This document shows, piece by piece, positions 57,401-61,062 of a stretch of DNA of 61,062 nt (position 1 is the stretch's first letter; every line of letters starts with the position of its first letter). Below the pieces are notes generated by a model. That model did not search any database. It was not told the origin of the DNA and saw nothing but the letters and a program-made list of their open reading frames with translations. The stretch lies in NCBI GenBank assembly GCA_043806035.1, contig JAZDHK010000013.1, positions 1-61,062 of the forward strand, given 5' to 3'. A program made the position numbers and the translations under genes. Origin of the DNA: an archaeon (GTDB lineage: Archaea; Nanobdellota; Nanobdellia; Woesearchaeales; UBA9642).

Positions 57401-60400
57401 CAGGAAATGCACACGTGTGTGGTATCAGAGCAAACGACAGCCACGTATTATGTTGGGGAAGAAATGATTACGGTCAAGCTGGCAATGGTTCTGCGGGCGC
57501 TAACATACTCACCCCGCTAGCGATTAACGACACATCTAACTATTACCTTGTAGAAACGGGAAATGTTCAGACGTGTGGTATCAGAGCAAACGACAGCCAC
57601 GTATTATGTTGGGGATACAATAATAACGGTCAACTCGGCGATGGCACACAAATAAATCGAAATGTCTCAACGCCCATAAACGATACTGCAAGTTACTTTC
57701 CCGGATTCCCATCAGATAAAGAAACGTGCATAAATGTACTTGGCAGTTATCTCACAACGCCAGGTGAAGAATGGATTTTTTCTTGCATGGCGTCGGACGC
57801 ATATAGCCAAAGTCCCGATTGGCTTAACAGCACCATAACAACAATCATAGATGAGACCGTTCCTGCAGTGACGCTTGACAAGAATGCATCACAAATAGAA
57901 TACGGTACGGGAAGCATCCACATCAACTGGACCGTAACCGATGACCAGGGCGTCAGCAACGTCATCTTCAACGTCACCTTTCCCAACGGCACACTCCTCT
58001 ACTCGGCAACAGCAATCAATGGATCGGTCAATCTCACCAGCACTGCAAACCTTTCAACGCCAGGTAATTATACCATCACCCTCTGGGCAAACAACACCTA
58101 CAATGGTACCAACAGCGCCACCGCATGGTTCACTGTCAACGACACCACCGCACCAACCGTACACCTCGTCAGTCCAGCAAACACGACGAACACCTCAAAC
58201 TCCAGTCAAACATTCACCTGCAACATCACCGACAATTATGAAGCAGTCAACCTCACTCTCCACATATGGAATGCTAGCGACAGCCCGCTCACGAGCAACA
58301 CCACGAACATAAGTGGGACGAGCAACAGCACAGCATGGACGTACACCTTCCCTACTGGTGGCGTCTATTACTGGAATTGTCAAGGAGGGGATGCAAACAA
58401 TGCTGCCTGGAGCAACGAAGGGAATTACACCATCAACTTCTCAACCATCCTGGTAGAGAATGCACGCATTGATCCAACACCGCTCGCCAACTACACGGAC
58501 AACCTCTTCGGCTACTGCAACGCAACACACCCTGACGGCGAAAAGATCATGTACAACTACACGTGGTACAGGAACGACGTGCTCAACGTCTCAGGAACGC
58601 TGTTCAAGGCAGACACCTTACGTACGGGAGACTTGTACACGTGCGGTATACGTGCAAATGATAGCAGAGTGCTCTGCTGGGGATACAACTACGATGGTCA
58701 ACTAGGAAACGGCACCAAAGGCGGAAGCCAACCAAACCCCACACTCACTAGCAATGACAGTGCGTACAGCAGCATAAGCGCTGGCAGCTCTCACATATGC
58801 GCAATCAGGACAAATGATAGCAGAGTGCTCTGCTGGGGAGATAATATTGTTGGAAACTTGGGAAACGGTGGTACGACAGATAGTCCTGATCCGACACCCA
58901 TCAATGACAGCGCAGCATACAACAGCATAAGCGCCGGTGGCTCTTACACATGTGCAATCAGGGCAAACGATCACAGAGTCGTGTGCTGGGGAAGCAACAC
59001 CTATGGCCAGCTAGGAAACGGAACCACAACACAACGAAACAACCCAACACCCATCAATGATACTGCAGCATACACAACTATAACGACAGGAACCTATCAC
59101 ACATGCGGCATTCGTGCCAATGATTCTCAAGTGCAGTGCTGGGGAAACAACGAAAACGGAGAATTAGGAAACGGCACAGGGGGAGGATATCAACCAAATC
59201 CTCAACCCATCAACGACATCACACCATACGCGAGCATCAAGGCAGGAGACGATTACACGTGTGGCATACGCGCAAATGATAGCAGAGTCGTGTGCTGGGG
59301 AAGCAATAGTGTTGGACAGCTAGGCAAAGGTACCCCTGGCGAGGATAGGCCGAATCCAACACCCATCAATGATACTGCAGCATACACAACTATAACGACA
59401 GGAACCTATCACACATGCGGCATTCGAGCAAACGACTCGAGAGTGCTCTGCTGGGGAAGCAACACCTACGGACAATTGGGAGACGGCACCACAACACCAC
59501 ACTACAACCCTGCAACCATCAACGATACCACACAATACACGAGCACAGACACAGGAACGCACTACACGTGCGGCATCAGAGCAAACGACTCACAAGTCAT
59601 GTGCTGGGGAAGAAACAGTTACGGACAATTGGGAGACGGCACCACAACACCACACTACAACCCTGCAACCATCAACAGCACGAGCAGCTTCTTCCCCGGC
59701 TGGCCATCAGGGCAAGAACAACTCATTTCCGTATTGGGCAGTGCATTCACCGCATTTGGCGAGAACTGGACGTTATCCTGCATGGCCACGAACATCACGA
59801 CAGACAGCGCCTGGCTCAACAGCTCTGCAACACGCATCATCGACGGTATATTCCCGAATGTTGGCATAACGAAGAACGAAACGCAAGTAGAATATGGCAA
59901 CAGCATCTACATCAACTGGTCGGCAACGGACAGCATAGGAATCAGTGATGTCGTGTTCAACATCACCCTGCCCAATGGAACGCTGCTCTTTAACTCGAGC
60001 ACTGCAGTGAGCAACGTCACCCTCACCGTCCTCAATCTTACGCAGCTCGGCCAATACAACCTAACACTCTGGGCGAACGATACCAGCAACAATGCTGCAT
60101 CAAAAACAGCAAACTTCAGCGTCAACGACACCACCGCACCAACAATACACCTCACCAGCCCAGCCAACCAGACGATCGCGAGCACGGCGAGCAACAATCT
60201 CATGTGCAACATCACCGACAATTATGGCGTGTATAATCTGACGTTGTACGTGTGGAACAGCACTGGCAGTCAAGTGAACACACCAAGCTGGTCATGGTGC
60301 TATCAGGAGAGCGCAAACGTAAGTCCTGGCTGCGGAGGGCTCCCCACTGGGACATATGCAAACACAAGTGCTTGGAGTAATATCTACAACGCCACAGATG

Positions 60401-61062
60401 GTGATTGGAACACATATGCCAATCGTGCGGGCGGCAATGGATATTCCTATCTTTACGTTAATTATTCCGTGCCCAATGGCGCATCGAACACGAGTCTCTG
60501 GCAAGTAAAAGACTATGAAAACACAGTAAATCTTACGCTTAACAATTTATGCTGGAACGATTCCATACTACAATTCCAAATAAGAGCGTATTATAACGCA
60601 GTCACAGACAACATAGCATATTGGGATTGTTGGAACGGATCTGCATTCATGAATCTGCGAAGCTACATCAATTATAATTACATCTACGAAGAAGCCATGT
60701 ACTGGAACATCACGAGCAGCTACACGACATCACTCGGCGGCACGAGCAACAGCAGCAGCTGGAACATCACTTTCCTGTACAACGGTCTCTTCACGTGGAA
60801 CTGTTTGGGGTATGACGCAAGCAATCTCTCGAGCTGGAGCGTTGAAGGCAACTACACGATAAGCTACAGCCAACCCAACGTGACAAGCATAGCAGTCCTG
60901 CCAGCACGGCCGAGAACGACAGACAACATCACGTGCAACGCAACTGCTGTTGACAGCGAGAACAGCACCCTCTCCATAGAATGGACATGGTACAACAACT
61001 CAGTACAGTACAGCACCGGCATCACAACAGGCGTCAGCAACAACACCAACACCCTCATCACC
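54487..61062 (+). CDS. giant membrane-anchored surface protein with two RCC1/BLIP-II-like propellers and Ig-like domains (3'-truncated by window, >2190 aa)
   Basis: Frame from ATG 54487 read without a stop to window end; TM helix plus ITG motif near aa 80-105; 14 CGIRANDSRVLCWG..N..GQLG.G repeats; dense N-x-S/T sequons. Confidence 0.9.
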   Translation, partial: MAEDKIRKLEQLRKKSIQVEGKLAAVLQKKKISQHEYEEQLLHVHDHKTREQYYKDLDAAIVRNTPRRTSSSHRAPSLAVLSALSFFIIAMLLYGFIAYTTITGHTTIDKGQTHHLPLNITFAENSTYATNLSNITSLRISGTITGNGSVSILVPQGDKQLIVLHSAARERKNFITGKTIDNVTAENVTNLPAPDRIDENSSQAENVTAVENSSMPESTPETITTSAEQNLSEPVTPETVSVDGAVNQSILEPEAANITEEELPDITENNENSYAFNLICIDTCSTFIEEATLIIEVDNAAVTITNITYTKRDHAPDEIPLVENSANDTEITNESQLVQNETPSRPSLQSMLSRSAIVINQPVKWTQDITTAENVSGIEIPVPVVAFNITAKKITGGEELTIAKDNISIPSHEKNALTGNVIVPLHTTSEIPAELATNETVNVTILETADHVRVEYYTQGPITEETEFSSGKKRIHVFSNIHYENIFSYTSIPDVPQERISFYWIDDGIRKKVTNVSYYDENNNGLVDYISWIVPHLSNETYEVSITILNVQSYPYVGGTWTVLINTSGEANLTISAVEDTSYGSYPDDLTPLQLICSGSSIPFIWTGKDVTVENYRCDSTASWTVHVHTAGRHVQQFTFGNITAFAYNDASQASMNGSRIQPSPLANDTDNLFGYCNGTTNSTTEPKLIYNYSWYKDDVLNVSGTVFKAETITTEYLHSCGIRANDSRVLCWGDNYNGKLGNGSEVDSYNPILTSDDSKYIHVSVGWLHSCGIRANDSRVLCWGSNDDGQLGDGTTTRRLNPTLINDSNAYVQISAEGQYHTCGLRNDSRVLCWGRNANGQLGNGSTGSSVLNPMLINDSAEYRSINAGYFHSCGIRANDSRVLCWGRNDFGAVGDGTNIDRPNPTLINDTAEYISISASYDYTSGIRVNDSRVMFWGWNTNGQAGDGTSGNSKLNPIQTSDDSEYASIDAGNAHVCGIRANDSHVLCWGRNDYGQAGNGSAGANILTPLAINDTSNYYLVETGNVQTCGIRANDSHVLCWGYNNNGQLGDGTQINRNVSTPINDTASYFPGFPSDKETCINVLGSYLTTPGEEWIFSCMASDAYSQSPDWLNSTITTIIDETVPAVTLDKNASQIEYGTGSIHINWTVTDDQGVSNVIFNVTFPNGTLLYSATAINGSVNLTSTANLSTPGNYTITLWANNTYNGTNSATAWFTVNDTTAPTVHLVSPANTTNTSNSSQTFTCNITDNYEAVNLTLHIWNASDSPLTSNTTNISGTSNSTAWTYTFPTGGVYYWNCQGGDANNAAWSNEGNYTINFSTILVENARIDPTPLANYTDNLFGYCNATHPDGEKIMYNYTWYRNDVLNVSGTLFKADTLRTGDLYTCGIRANDSRVLCWGYNYDGQLGNGTKGGSQPNPTLTSNDSAYSSISAGSSHICAIRTNDSRVLCWGDNIVGNLGNGGTTDSPDPTPINDSAAYNSISAGGSYTCAIRANDHRVVCWGSNTYGQLGNGTTTQRNNPTPINDTAAYTTITTGTYHTCGIRANDSQVQCWGNNENGELGNGTGGGYQPNPQPINDITPYASIKAGDDYTCGIRANDSRVVCWGSNSVGQLGKGTPGEDRPNPTPINDTAAYTTITTGTYHTCGIRANDSRVLCWGSNTYGQLGDGTTTPHYNPATINDTTQYTSTDTGTHYTCGIRANDSQVMCWGRNSYGQLGDGTTTPHYNPATINSTSSFFPGWPSGQEQLISVLGSAFTAFGENWTLSCMATNITTDSAWLNSSATRIIDGIFPNVGITKNETQVEYGNSIYINWSATDSIGISDVVFNITLPNGTLLFNSSTAVSNVTLTVLNLTQLGQYNLTLWANDTSNNAASKTANFSVNDTTAPTIHLTSPANQTIASTASNNLMCNITDNYGVYNLTLYVWNSTGSQVNTPSWSWCYQESANVSPGCGGLPTGTYANTSAWSNIYNATDGDWNTYANRAGGNGYSYLYVNYSVPNGASNTSLWQVKDYENTVNLTLNNLCWNDSILQFQIRAYYNAVTDNIAYWDCWNGSAFMNLRSYINYNYIYEEAMYWNITSSYTTSLGGTSNSSSWNITFLYNGLFTWNCLGYDASNLSSWSVEGNYTISYSQPNVTSIAVLPARPRTTDNITCNATAVDSENSTLSIEWTWYNNSVQYSTGITTGVSNNTNTLIT
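56611..57700 (+). repeat. RCC1-like propeller 1 (7 coding repeats, ~153-156 bp)
   Basis: seven C/SG.R.NDS.V..WG units. Confidence 0.88.
58606..59697 (+). repeat. RCC1-like propeller 2 (7 coding repeats)
   Basis: seven C.IR.ND..V.CWG units. Confidence 0.88.

Noticed and set aside
56611-59697. CRISPR array or DGR TR/VR pair
   Set aside because: Repeats are in-frame ~51-52-aa protein repeats with synonymous variation and no adenine-specific mismatch pattern; no cas or RT gene in the window

Overview
Archaeal chromosome segment, most consistent with a DPANN (Woesearchaeota-like) lineage. This is an inference from the split RpoB''/RpoB' and RpoA'/RpoA'' genes, aEF-1a/aEF-2/aRF1, the AMP phosphorylase plus R15P isomerase pair, a bacterial-type QueA, leaderless TATA promoters and DTDGG/ITG-type secreted proteins. 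Most of the window is core information-processing genes: the rpoH-B''-B'-A'-A''-L30e-nusA-S12 operon, an L7Ae-S28e-L24e-ndk-EF2-EF1a-S10 cluster, glyS, Elp3, an m5C methyltransferase and RIO kinase. Five tRNA genes are visible, four of them intron-containing and two with two introns each. Main unusual items: (1) an accessory region at 1-4100 where unrelated genes (DGR-target-like protein, TrmB, Fic, atypical RlmN-like radical SAM) are punctuated by a modular ~100-bp repeat with inverted ends and a recurring 3' motif; (2) a conserved 45-nt structured motif shared by introns of two different tRNAs 47 kb apart and at different intron positions; (3) a tandem k-turn leader upstream of rpl7ae; (4) a >2190-aa surface protein, missing from the ORF track, with RCC1-like propellers and another domain inserted inside Ig-like domains; (5) QueA in an archaeon, two degenerate HIT paralogs, and eroded RNAP clamp zinc sites. 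All calls are from reading the sequence; no searches were run.
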